From: Eledone cirrhosa
Lineage: Eukaryota
Direction of reading: 5' to 3'
DNA length: 64,000 nt
Assembly (NCBI GenBank): GCA_964016885.1
Contig: OZ024740.1
Span: 88,288,001-88,352,000 of the forward strand
The translations under genes and the position numbers were made by a program. The notes under the pieces were generated by a model, which was given only the letters and a program-made list of their open reading frames with translations, ran no database searches and had not been told where the DNA came from. Positions within the stretch are counted from its first letter, which is position 1. The number at the start of each line of letters is the position of its first letter. Of this stretch, positions 1 to 11,486 are shown in pieces.

Positions 1-832
1 CAAGTTAATACATATATTAGATTTTCCGATGCACATGTGAAATTGTGTTTTACTATAAAACGTTGTCCTTCTTTGAAATAGAATTCCGAACCCTCTATTA
101 GGTTGATGCAAATGCCACAGTTGGGTCTATCGCATTTTTTTACTGTGGGTTTCGTTGTTGTGGTTGGCAGTACTTTGGCATGTGTTAGGATGTTTTTCAT
201 TGACTTGGATTGTCTTTTGCTCTTTATGATATCGTGTGTTCGTAGGATTTGGTTCATTCTATGGTCCTTTTTCAACACAGGGATGTTCTGGGGGATGGTG
301 TCAAAGGCTTCATTGTTGAGGGGGTTGTGTGTGGAGATGTATGGAAGAGCTTTTAGTTTCGGTTGATTTACTTGAGGGTGTCTAAGGTCCTGGGTACTGA
401 GTTTTAGGGCACGTTGGATTCCATTGTCAATTAGTGATGCAGGGTAGTCCCTGCCTATGAGTGTGTCCTTTAGTTCTTGTAGCCGTAAGTAGCAGGTGTT
501 TTTATTGGAGACTATAGTACAGATTCTCTTGGCTAAGTTGTAGGGAATATTAATTTTAACGTGTCTAGGGTGGCAATAGTTGAAAGGGAGATATTGCTTG
601 GAGTCTGTGGGCTTGTAGTATATGTCTGTTTCTATTTTTTTGTTATGGATCTTAATGAGGATGTCGAGGAAGGGGAGTTGTTGATGGCTGAATTCCATCG
701 TGAAGTTAATATTCGTGTTGAGCCCATTTATAAGGGTGTGAAATTCTTTAAGTTTTTCGATGTTTTCGTGCCAAAGGATGAAGCAGTCATCTAGATATCG
801 CTTCCAGTTCCTTTCAATGTGTAAGTGGAGGG
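1..832 (-). mobile_element. Penelope-like retroelement, 5'-truncated: RT C-terminal half, thumb, Cys-rich linker and start of GIY-YIG endonuclease; runs off the window start
   Basis: Manual minus-strand translation gives an open frame: ...RNWKRYLDDCFILWHE...NFTME...LPFLDILI...ETDIYYKPTDSKQYLPFNYCHPRHVKINIPYNLAKRICTIVS...KKCDRPNCGIC...FTCASENLIYVIT. These are typical PLE RT, thumb and linker motifs. The frame is not in the ORF track, probably because it has no stop inside the window. Confidence 0.9.
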
Positions 833-944
833 TGTATATATATATAGTAATAATAATAGTAATAATAATAAATTTGAAGACTAAAATCCAAAGAGGGCTC
901 GATAAGGATAAATATATATCAAATATATAAAAACCGTAGAGCAA

Positions 945-1030
945 ATATTTATTAAAATAACAGATAAAGTTTAAGCAAAGAATCGCTGCTTTCACTCTTA
1001 ACGGGATCTTCTGAAACTCAGTTATTTTAA
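945..1030 (-). repeat. Short interspersed repeat, possibly a Penelope pLTR end; related copies at ~15420-15475, 23885-23920, 24160-24232 and 58730-58765
   Basis: Shared string TTTCAGAAGATCCCGTTAAGxGTGAAAGCAxCGATTCTTTGCTTAAACTT, usually next to (TA)n. Confidence 0.55.
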
Positions 1031-1052
1031 TAAATATATATATATATATATA

Positions 1053-1164
1053 CAGAGTGGGCCAGAATTCATGACTCACTTGATTATTTATTGAGAAAAA
1101 AAAACAACCTTCGAGGCTTATTAAGAATTATAACTAACAAGCAAATCATAAATTTTGGCCCACC

Positions 1165-1167
<3 letters not shown>
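1053..1167. mobile_element. Tc1/mariner-type MITE
   Basis: Ends are TA|CAGAGTGGGCCA...TGGCCCACCCTG|TA, i.e. TIRs with TA flanks, inside (TA)n. Confidence 0.75.
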
Positions 1168-1214
<47 letters not shown>

Positions 1215-1216
<2 letters not shown>

Positions 1217-3100
1217 GTGGGAAAGTAAGAAATCGGAGAATAGACCGTTAAAACATGTTTATTTAAAACAGCACCTACGTACATTTCGCCCAGTTGGGCT
1301 TCTCAAGGGCATAAATAACCAAAAGTGTTCCTTACATTGCTCGGAGAGAATTTTTGGGGTTAAATTCACGCTAGGTTCATTGCTCGCAAAAATAGCTTGT
1401 TTTGATTTTGCAGCAGGTCAAGGGAGGTAACTCTGACCGATTACGTGTCCTTGTACGTTTGCTACGGGTGGTCCCATCCAGGTGACCGCATTAACACACA
1501 TAAGAGCGGTCACCTGGATGGAACCACCCGTAGTAAACGTACAAGGACACGTAATCGCCACCGTAACGTCCTATGGTTCCACCCCCTACTCTCGGAGTGT
1601 GGCCTCCAACATACCCCGGATGTTCTTCGAAGCCTTAGAGAAGAACCTCCCGCCCAGTCATAGGTATAGAAAAATTCTTAATAGGAACAATATAAAAATA
1701 TCCTTCTCTACTACTCCTAACCTAGCAAACATCATAGGAACAATGAACCACAGTAAGATCACCAAGACACAGCACCTCGACACAGACGCACCTAGACCTG
1801 ACAATAACTATATCGGCCTTAACAACTCCCTGGCAGCATCCAATAGTGCTGGCAACGGCCTCTGCAAACGCAACCAGCATAACCGCGAAATGACTGGGGA
1901 ACATGCAGGACATGACGTGCGGAATAACAATCGCACCACCCCGCGTGCTGTGGGTTATAATGGTGCTAACGACGGCTGCGGAAGCGTAAGTAACAACGTA
2001 GGCAACAACAATGATAGCCTTACCGTGGGAAATAGATGGAACCGCGACAGAAATTGCAACTGCCGCGAAAGAGGACGCTCCCCGCTTAGAGGATACTGCT
2101 TGACTGATAGGGTTATATATAGATGCACTGTAACTAGCCAAAATAGCGTTAAACATTATATAGGGGCTACTTCCGGCCCGTTCAAAATTAGGTTTCGCAT
2201 ACATCTCCACTCTTTCACAAATAAAAAAAACTAAGACACTCCACTTCGCTCGCGGACTACATCACATCACTAAAGGACTTAAACATCAGCTTCTCCACGC
2301 ACTGGGATATTGTCGGCAGGGCTGCACCGTACAACTTCAAGAGGAAATGCGATATTTCCCTCATGGAGCTCTACCACATCATAACTGCACCCCACGAGCT
2401 CATCAACAGCAGAGCTGAAACAGCGATAAGTTTAACACATCGCTTAAAAATATCCTTCTTCAGATGGGTTAAGGATGAGGAGTGAAACCGTGCACCGGAT
2501 CTCCCTGCAACAAGTCTTAACACCCCCGCGGGCAGGCGCTGCAAAATAACACCCAGGAAACTAACCTTGCATACCAGACCCAGCCTCAAACGAGTCAGAC
2601 AAAGAGATGCGTCTAAAAAACGTCTCAAAATAAGCCTTGGTTACATGACCCTTGTGCGTATCGACAATGGTAAGGTTGTAACCTCATCGTGTAGCGGATA
2701 AAAATTTGTCCGAGAAAGACTGCCCTAACACCGGCTAGAGTTACTTCCCTTGACCTGCTGCAAAATCAAAACAAGCTATTTTTGCGAGCAATGAACCTTG
2801 ACGTGAATTTAACCCCAAAAATTCTCTCCGAGCAATGTAAGGAACACTTTTGGTTATTTATGCCCTTGAGAAGCCCAACTGGGCGAATCGTACGTAGGTG
2901 CTGTTTTAAATAAACATGTTTTAACGGTCTATTCTCCTATTTCTTACTTTCCCACGTGCTTACGCTCTGCTAACTCTGTAGCCCACTAAATATTAACAGT
3001 TCGAATATTTAATACTGCCGACACTAGTATCGAGCACCTTTGGCATACGCTACTTAGCAAATAACTATATGTATCACCTATCCTCCCATTTTTTCTCTCT
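1215..3100 (+). mobile_element. Penelope-like element 3' fragment (linker + GIY-YIG, ~1610-2485) between ~220-bp inverted repeats (1215-1434 / 2737-2957)
   Basis: ORF 1482..2234 contains FFEALEKNLPPSHRYRKILNRNNIKISFS...CNCRERGRSPLRGYCLTDRVIYRCTV...HYIGATSGPFKIRF, homologous to the C-terminus of the 19155..21188 protein. There is a frameshift at the A-run near 2230. The two arms are near-perfect reverse complements. Confidence 0.85.
2861..2900 (+). ncRNA. Degenerate minimal hammerhead-like motif in a Penelope pLTR (second copy at 1272-1311, minus strand)
   Basis: CC-CTTGAGAA-GCCC(AACT)GGGC-GAAAC-GTAC-GTA-GG is the consensus of the two copies. It has stem II, GAAA and a palindromic stem III, but a variant core (CUUGAGAA). 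Confidence 0.45.
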
Positions 3101-3115
3101 CTCGATACGTAAATA

Positions 3116-3181
<66 letters not shown>

Positions 3182-3581
3182 TAGATTGAGTTAGAAACTC
3201 AAAGTAGTCTTTTACAATTAAATAGCTCAAAGAAGGGAATCTTTCCGAGCCGTGTGCAATTGGAACACATGTATACTTGTATCGGTGTTCATCCCTGTCA
3301 TATATTCAATTGTATATATATATATATGAAAAATATATCGTTTTTTACAAAAGAAATATAAAAAATTGGAAACATAGGTGGAGAAGTTAAAACAGCTAAA
3401 AAATACATTAATTTATTATAATTAACAGTACAAATGGCTATGTTTCATACGTCTTGGAAAGATCTTTTTAATCAAATATGTGTACAAAATCCTATTGTGT
3501 TAAAACTAATAATCACGCATGAAGCAAATTATTCATTAAAGTAATTACCAAATATGTTTTTACATTATATATATATAAATC

Positions 3582-3620
3582 CGAGCTGATGATCCGAATA
3601 AGGTGATACAATTGTTCTCG
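3582..3620 (+). ncRNA. Minimal type I hammerhead ribozyme motif, mutated (GATA for GAAA)
   Basis: CGAG-CTGATGA-TCC(GAATAA)GGT-GATAC-AATT-GTT-CTCG. Stem I is CGAG/CTCG. A homologous copy at 58607-58644 has GAAA. Confidence 0.55.
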
Positions 3621-3671
3621 TTAAGGGTAAACTAACTGTTGTGGAACTACTTCTCTCTCTCTATATATATA

Positions 3672-3769
<98 letters not shown>

Positions 3770-3791
3770 GATATATGTATATACATATATC

Positions 3792-3835
<44 letters not shown>

Positions 3836-3893
3836 CATATATCCACACACACATATATACATATACACACACACACACATATATATATATATC

Positions 3894-3971
<78 letters not shown>

Positions 3972-4387
3972 AGAGACTACTTAAAATTTCTTTTGTTGCC
4001 TAAGTGCAAATACAGCTCCAACGTACTTCTATCGTTAAGGATGTCTAGCCAGACCGAAATAAGTCCACGCTTTCATATATCAGCTTTGCGTCAAAATCAC
4101 CTCTCAATGCATTTTACGTATTTGTATTTAGGATGTAGAGTATCTCTCTTAAATATTTCCCCCGCTGTTATATGGTGGATATATATATATATACAAACAA
4201 TGTCATTCCATTCCTTTTACTTTTCTCTTTATATATTGATCTGAAACAGACTCAGTAGTTGATAAATATCGATAATAATTGAATGGATCAAGTAAAGTAA
4301 CTCCGGAGACGGAAATGATGAACAGAGATGCCAGTAGGGAATCGAACTAAGCATCAACCTTGCTGAAAGAAAGGTTGATATGAGAAC

Positions 4388-4450
<63 letters not shown>
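4388..4450. repeat. (TCTA)n microsatellite at the 5' flank of the Tx1 stack
   Basis: Direct reading. Similar tracts lie at 5127-5144, 6840-6932 and 11719-11735. Confidence 0.95.
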
Positions 4451-4452
<2 letters not shown>

Positions 4453-4454
<2 letters not shown>

Positions 4455-5124
4455 AGGGACCCTTCGAAAAAGATCTGTCCGAGTTGCGTGCGCGAGGAAG
4501 AAACCGTCGCGCACGCATTTGTACACTGCCCGGGCGTTACCGACTTGTGGGGCTATGTAGAACTACTTTCGTCGCGGGTGGGACCAATCTGGTTGACCAC
4601 CGAGTCCATTGTCATGATCAAACCACCAGCCTCCTTCAAAAACGAAGGAGAGGCGGTCTTCCTATGTGTTATGGCTATGGTGAAAGAGGTTATATGGTGG
4701 ACGAGGTTAAAAGGGCTGAGGTCAGACACTTTTCTCTCCGGCAAACAATTGATTCGTTATTTCAAATATCATTTTGGAAGAAGAATCAGGATGGAGAGAG
4801 AGGTGCTGTACCCCACCAAATTTTATAAAAGGTGGGTGAATGTGGAAAAAATGGCCCGGGTGATTGGGCCTTCTCTCTATATAAGCCTGTAGGTTGAGGA
4901 AAAAGAGGAAGAGAGGAGGGGAGTACTCACTCTTGGTGCTCTTGGAGATGAGGGTTGTACATTTTTTCGGGGTGTGTACAACCCCTGTGTAACGCCCCCT
5001 CCCCTATTGGGGATTTCAATTGTTATTTGTTATTTTATTAATAGTTTTATTTTCATATACCTGTATGTAAACTCCCCATTTGTATTTGTCCCCTTCTTTT
5101 GTGCTCTTGTGGCTAATAAAGAAA
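4453..5124 (+). mobile_element. Tx1/L1-clade LINE 3' fragment (copy A): C-terminal CCHC finger + 3' UTR
   Basis: ICPSCVREEETVAHAFVHC zinc finger, stop at 4892, UTR ending AATAAAGAAA then (TATC)n. Homologous to copies B, C and D. Confidence 0.9.
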
Positions 5125-5141
5125 TGTATCTATCTATCTAT

Positions 5142-6836
5142 CTATACGCCGATGACGTGACAGTAATGGTGTCGACGGCCTCCGAAATCGAGGCGGTCGG
5201 CACCTTACTGGAGGAGTACGAAAAGTTCACAGGGGCTAAGCTGAACCGGGACAAGTCGATCGGTTTGCAACTCGGCACGTGGAGGGGCAGACCGATGCCC
5301 TCCGATGGCGTCGTCGGACGCTGGACGGAGGGCCCGGTGAAGTTGCTCGGGGTCTGGTTCAGACCGGACCTCCAGGTGGAGAAAAACTGGGCGGAGGTTA
5401 CGAACAGGGTGTTTGCACTGACCCAGAAGTGGGCCAGTTGCAAACTATCCCTGAAAGGAGGTGGCGAACACCTACATAGCGTCCGTCATCTACTACCGCC
5501 TGACCGTAGTGCCCTGCCCAAGGGAAACCCCCACCAAGATGGAGCGCGCGCTCTTCCAATTCCTTTGGAAGAGGCGGGCTCCTATGGTGAGGAGATCCAT
5601 CTGCTGTCAACACCCTTCGAAAGGAGGGCTGGGGGTGCCGTGGTTAATGATGCGTAAACACGCATTAAGGCTACGGCACCTCTACGTATTCCTCACCGGA
5701 CAACCGGTGTGGGCCTCGTTTGTGAGAGGAACCTTTCCCAGACTCGTCTCACTCACCGAACTGCAATCCTGGGTCAAGCAAAGACCGAGAAAACTGGGCG
5801 CCTGGCACACTGAGTGTGCCCAGGCGCTCACCGCCCTCTGGCAGGCGGATCCAGTTATCAGTGGAGACTCCACCGCAACATTCTATAGAGGGCTGGTACG
5901 CAGCAGGTGCGACGACGCCCTCGGAGAAGCCCTAGACATGGAGGAGGACGAACTGGCCAGCCTGTTCGGTAGGACATTCAGCCCGGGACCTATGGACAAC
6001 TTCCAGAAGTCCCTGGCCTGGCAGTGCTACCGAGGAGCTTTACCCGTTCGAGAAAGGCTCTACAGACACGGGCGCCCGGGTAGGGACCCCGCCAAAAAGA
6101 TCTGTCCCAGATGCGTGTGCGACGAGGAAACCGTTGCACACGCATTGGTACACTGCTCGGGCGTAGCCGATCTGTGGGGCTATGTCGAACAACTGCTGTC
6201 AAGGGTGGGACCGATCCGGTTGACCACCGAGTCTATTGTAATGATCAAGCCGCCTCCCCCCTTCAAAGATGAAGCAGAGGCGGTGTTTCTGTGCGTAATA
6301 GCCATGGCGAAAGAGGTTGTATGGTGGACGCGTCTGAAAGGACTGAGGTCTGGCACCTTTCTCTCTGGCCAACAACTGGTCCGTTTCTTCCGATATCATT
6401 TCGGAAGAAGGATCAGGATGGAGAGAGAGGTGCTGCACCCCAGTCGTTTTTATGAAAGGTGGGTGAAAGTGGCGAGAATGGCCCGTGTGAATGGGCCTTC
6501 TCTTTACATAAGCCTGTAGGTGGAAAAGAGGAAGGAACGAGGGAGCACCCCCTCTCTGTGCTCCTGAGGAAAAGGGTTGCACACTTTTTTCGGGGGTGTG
6601 TGCGACCCCCCAAGGCGCCTCCTCTCTATTGAGGATTTTGTTATAAATTTTATTTTTTGTTATATTTTATAACAAAATCCTCTATTGAGGATTTTGTTAT
6701 AATTCTATTTTTTGTTATATTTTATTTTATTTTTATATATTGTTATTGCCTCCTCCCTATTGAGGACGCCTTGTTTTGTAAACTCCCCCCATTGTACTTG
6801 TCCCACTTTTGATGCCCTTGTGGCAAATAAAAGAAA
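5142..6836 (+). mobile_element. Tx1/L1-clade LINE, 5'-truncated at the RT YADD motif (copy B)
   Basis: LYADDVTVMV...GAKLNRDKS...VKLLGVWF, a frameshift near 5458, then ORF 5461..6519 (KGGLGVP, CPRCVCDEETVAHALVHC). The 3' UTR ends AATAAAAGAAA then (TCTA)n. Confidence 0.92.
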
Positions 6837-6838
6837 CA

Positions 6839-6911
<73 letters not shown>

Positions 6912-6959
6912 GTCTGTTTATCTGTCTATATATCTGCCGGAAATACAATACATACAAAG

Positions 6960-8095
6960 GGCTAAACTGTATGAGAAAAAGAACACGAAGAATAAACATC
7001 ACCAATATACCACCCAACATTAGCATCTGGTGGATTCTGGCAGGTTTCTTGGAGGAAGATGAAGACACAATACTGTCGTTTCAAAAATCCACAAGAAACA
7101 CCTGGAACGGCACAAGCTTGGACATTTTGGTCCAAATGAAACCGGACAGAATTTCCAAGATACCAGAAAGGGGGCCAGTAGACGATACCAATTACATTCA
7201 CATTTCGGCAGAATGAAAGGAGGCCACATTGTTTTAAATGCGCGAGCACATCGTATTTAAAGGCCTCCTTTCCCCTCTTACGAACAAACACCACTACCCT
7301 CCCCAAAAAGTACTTTTACCAACACCAACTCCAAAACCACAGCAACAACAACAACACACAAAACAAGCAAACACACAAAAGCAAACAACTGTTCAACCAC
7401 AAACAACAGACAAAACACAAACAATTCCCCTGAAAAACACAGTCCCACCCCATCCCACTCCATCCAACACTACCACAATCCCACACACAAACACACCATC
7501 ACCACACAACATACCTCTCACACACGATTCATCACCAGACGAGGCTACTTCTCCATCCCCAAGTGAAGATGAAGGAGAGTCTCGGAAATCAAAAAACAAA
7601 AAAGTAGACACCACCAAGCCACAAAAACAACAATCACCAACACAAACACACAATCACCAACACAAATAACAACACAAACACCACCACAATCAACCCCCCC
7701 CCTACCAGCAAAACACCAACACCACCCCAAACACAAATGCCCACCATAAAAAGAAAACTACAAAATGAACAACAAACCAAAACAACACAACAAAAAAACA
7801 AACAACTATACACATACATTAACACAAACAACAAAAACCTAATGGAGGCCATCTCCCAAGACCCCAAAGTAGAAACTGAGGGGAAAACTTTTGTAAAAGC
7901 AAACTCTTAACCATACCTAAAACTAATAAGGGTTTCGATAGAGACCTATCAGACATTGAAAGAAAAGTTTTCACAGGACGTTGGCGACCCCTGCCAAAAA
8001 CCAATAAACCGTGTCCTGTTAAAATGTTTCCCCCCCCCCCCTAGAACTGAAATGGAGATTGAACAACCCAATCTCCAGGAAACGAAAAGGTAAGT
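6960..8095 (+). pseudogene. Tx1 ORF1 (gag-like) remnant with degenerate zinc knuckle and a Thr/Pro/Gln/Lys-rich tail
   Basis: ORFs 6809..7216 and 7238..7669 plus frameshifted pieces. Homologous to the minus-strand region 32465-34130. Confidence 0.65.
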
Positions 8096-8119
8096 GCACC
8101 TTTTCGTCTTTTTTCCCAA

Positions 8120-11100
8120 CTCTTCTCCACCAACATTGGAAGCGTAAATGTGCGTGGCCTAGGGATGCCCTGGAAACAGGGCCAACTTTTAAACCACCTT
8201 AGGTCACACGGTATAGATGTAATAGCCATCACCGAGTCCAGGATCCACAACAGACAGCAACTAAGCCTCATCTTCAATGACTTTGAGATCTACGCATCTC
8301 TCTGTCAGCTGGGAGGTGGAGGGGAATGACTGTCATGTTTCGGAAAAACCTGGATCTCCAAGTACAGCAAGTACACTTGGACCCGGAGGGTAGACTAGTA
8401 GTCCTAGACGTGAACAGTATTGGAGGTGGAGCCTTCAGACAAGTGGCCGTTAATGCCACGACCGGGCAATCACAATCGAGTCTTTTCTGGGAACGTCTCG
8501 CTCCTTGCTTTTAGTGGGGGACTGGAATGGTATCCTAGATGTACGATGGGACTATGTGGGAGCATGTCCCAGTAGAGGGGGGTGCAACAGCCTCAAAACC
8601 TTAATCGGCCAATTCCAACTGGCCGATAGGTATCGACTGGATTTCCTGAATGCAGCACAGGGGACGTGGGCAAACCGCAGCGGGACATCTAGATCATATT
8701 TAGATAGGTTCTTCATTAGAGAACGGGACAAGGAGATGTTAAGCTGTCCACTAATGCACATGGTTGCCTATTCAGATCACAAATTAGTCGTCTGCATAGT
8801 CAACCGTGACAGAAAACATAGGCAGGGACCCGGATACTGGAAGCTGAACGTGTCGTTGCCGGCACGTAAAGCTTACAGGGGACGGATAAGTAGACTAGTC
8901 AAGCAACATTTAACGGGAGCCATCGCCTACAATACATGGTGGTACTCTCTCAAGAAAGCAATTGGAGTAGAATCGATAGAGTTTAGCGGAGAGTTAGCCT
9001 TAGAGAAAAACAAAATAGAAAGAGAACTAGTAGCCAAGGTAGAGGAGGCACTTAGAAGTGGCAACGCGGCTAGAGTGTTAGCGTCGAGAACGGCACTAGA
9101 CCAGTTCTTCGATGCGAAACACGAAGGCTGCGTGGTCAGAAGCAAAACACGTGCTCTAGGAAACGAAGGAGCGAAAGCTGTCAGCTGGGCCTGAGTGGTG
9201 GAAGCAAAAAGTGGCAACAAGTCGACGATCCGATCTTTGAAAGACCAAAATGGACGCGTGCTACTTGACTCCAAGCAAATGTGCGCGGCCTTTCAGCAGC
9301 ACTTTGCGCGACTGTTTCAGCAGAACGACGGTGAGCCGAACGGGGCAATGGTCTTTAGTTCATACCTCGACGGCCTGCCGCGTCTCTCGAACACGGACGC
9401 TGAGTTCTGCGAAAGACCGATCACGGACACTGAGATACGGGACGCTCTGGTCCGCTGCGGGAAACGCAAGTCACCCGGTCTAGATGGTTTACCCTATGAG
9501 TTTTACATCGTCTCGAAGCCGTCTACTGCAATTGACAGCAGAATGGGAGAATTCCCAGTTCTGCAGGCAAGGGCGTAGTAACGCTGATCAGGAAAGACGA
9601 GAATAAGGGGGACGAAATTAACAACGTCAGGCCCATAACTATGCTCAACACAGAGTTAAAGATTTTGGCCAAGGTGCTAGTGACAAGGTTGGCGCTTGTC
9701 GTCGAGAACCTGGTAGGGAAAGCGCAAACGTGTGCAATCCCGACCAGGCCCATACACGACAACCTCCACTTCATGCGATACATCATAGAGAGGGTGGGTA
9801 GTAAACCCGGCTTCGGTGGGGCGCTGATCAATTTGGATCAGATACTTGGAAGCGGTTCTCAAGGCGGCCGGTTTCGGTCCCGTTTTCAGAGGCTGGATCG
9901 AGGCGATGCACACCAGCATCTGCTCGAGGGTCAAGGTGAACGGCTACCTATCGGAGCCGTTCGCAATCACGCGTTCCATTCGACAGGGGTGCGCTCTCTC
10001 CTCCATTCTGTATATATTGACTCTAGAGCCACTACTGCGGAAATTGGAGCTGTTACAGGGCATTCCTCTAGAACCGGGACTGCGCAAAGCGGTGTCGGCT
10101 TATGCCGACGTGGTGACGGTAATGGTGTCGAGCACCTCGGAAATCGGAGTGATCGGCAACTTACTGAAAGAATACGAAACGCTGACGGGAGCAAAACTAA
10201 TACCGGACAAGTCTGTCGGTTTGCAAATCGGTACGTGGAGAGGAAAACCGATGACGTCCGAGAGCGTCGTTAGACGCTGGACGGACGGACCGGTAAAATT
10301 GCTCGGGTTCTGGTTCGGTCCAAACCTCCAGTTGGAGAAAAACTGGAACGAGGTCACGGCCAAGGTGTTTGCGCTCACCCAGAAGTGGGCAGAGTGCAAA
10401 CTGTCCGTGAAAGGTTGAGCGGAGGTGGTGAACACTTTCATAGCGTCCGTCATCTACTACCGCTTGACTGTCGTGCCTTGTCCCCGTGAACACCTCGCCA
10501 AGATGGAACGCATACTTTTCCAGTTTCTGTGGAAGAAGAAGGCTCCGCTGGTGAGGAGATCCGTCTGCTGTCAGCACCCTTTCAACGGAAGGCTAGAAAT
10601 GCCGTGGCTGATGATGCGCAAACATGCGCTGAGGCTGCGGCATATCCAAGTATTCCTCACCGACCCCCAACCGGTGTGGGCACCGTTTGTGAGACAGGCT
10701 TTCCCGCAGCTCGTCTCGATGACGGAGTTGCAGTCCTGGGTCAAGAAAAGACCGAAACGGATGGGGGCCTGGCACATTGAATGCTCTCACGCGCTCACAG
10801 TCCTCTGGCAAGCGGGCACAGCAATCAGTGGAGACTCCACTTCGACATTCGATAGAGGGATTGTACGTTACAAGGGCGACGACGTGCTCGGAGAGACTCT
10901 GGGCGTCGAATACGATGAGCTCACCAGTCTGTTTGGTAGGACTTTCCGCTCGGGACCTATGGACAACTTCCAGAGGTCCCTGGCCTGGCAGTGCTACCGA
11001 GGGGCTCGACCAGTTCGTGACAAGATCTACAGGCACGGACGCCCCGGCAGGGATCCTTCCAAGAGGACGTGTCCAAGATGCGCGCAGGACATTGAAACAG

Positions 11101-11486
11101 TCCTGCACGCAATTGTACACTGCCCGGGCGTAACCGACCTGTGGAACTATGCAGAACAACTGCTGTCGCGTATGGGACAAATCCAGTTGACTGCCGAGTC
11201 CATAGTAAGGATCAAACCGCCAGCCTCTTGCAAAAGCGAAAGAGAAGCGGTTTCCCTCTGTACAGTGGCTATGGTGAAAGAAGTTATATGGTGGACGAGA
11301 TTGAGAGGACTGAGGACAGATGCCTTTCTCTCCGGAAAACGATTGATTCCCTTCTTTAAGTACCACTTTAGAAGGAGAATCAGAGTGGAGAGAGAGGCAC
11401 TGCACCCCAGTAAATTTACTGAAAGGTGGGTGAATGAAGCGAAAATGGCCCGAGTGATTCGGCCTTCTCTGTTTATAAGCCTGTAG
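8120..11486 (+). pseudogene. Tx1 ORF2 (AP endonuclease + reverse transcriptase + CCHC), broken by stops, frameshifts and small deletions
   Basis: Split over ORFs 8326, 8505, 9195, 9641, 9846 and 10425. The KAFD motif is deleted after LINLDQ (~9843), and catalytic YADD reads YADV. Confidence 0.9.

Noticed and set aside
975-1020. CAGAAGA...GAAA family as an active hammerhead
   Set aside because: The core reads CAGA instead of CUGA in all copies seen, and stems I and III cannot be formed convincingly, so it is kept only as a repeat.
3621-4244. Many ORFs of poly-(IY), (CV), (HT), (LS) or (RE), here and at 13.3k, 15.4k, 21-23k, 28k, 31k, 49-50k, 56.5k and 62.6k
   Set aside because: They are translations of dinucleotide and tetranucleotide microsatellites that lack stop codons, not genes.
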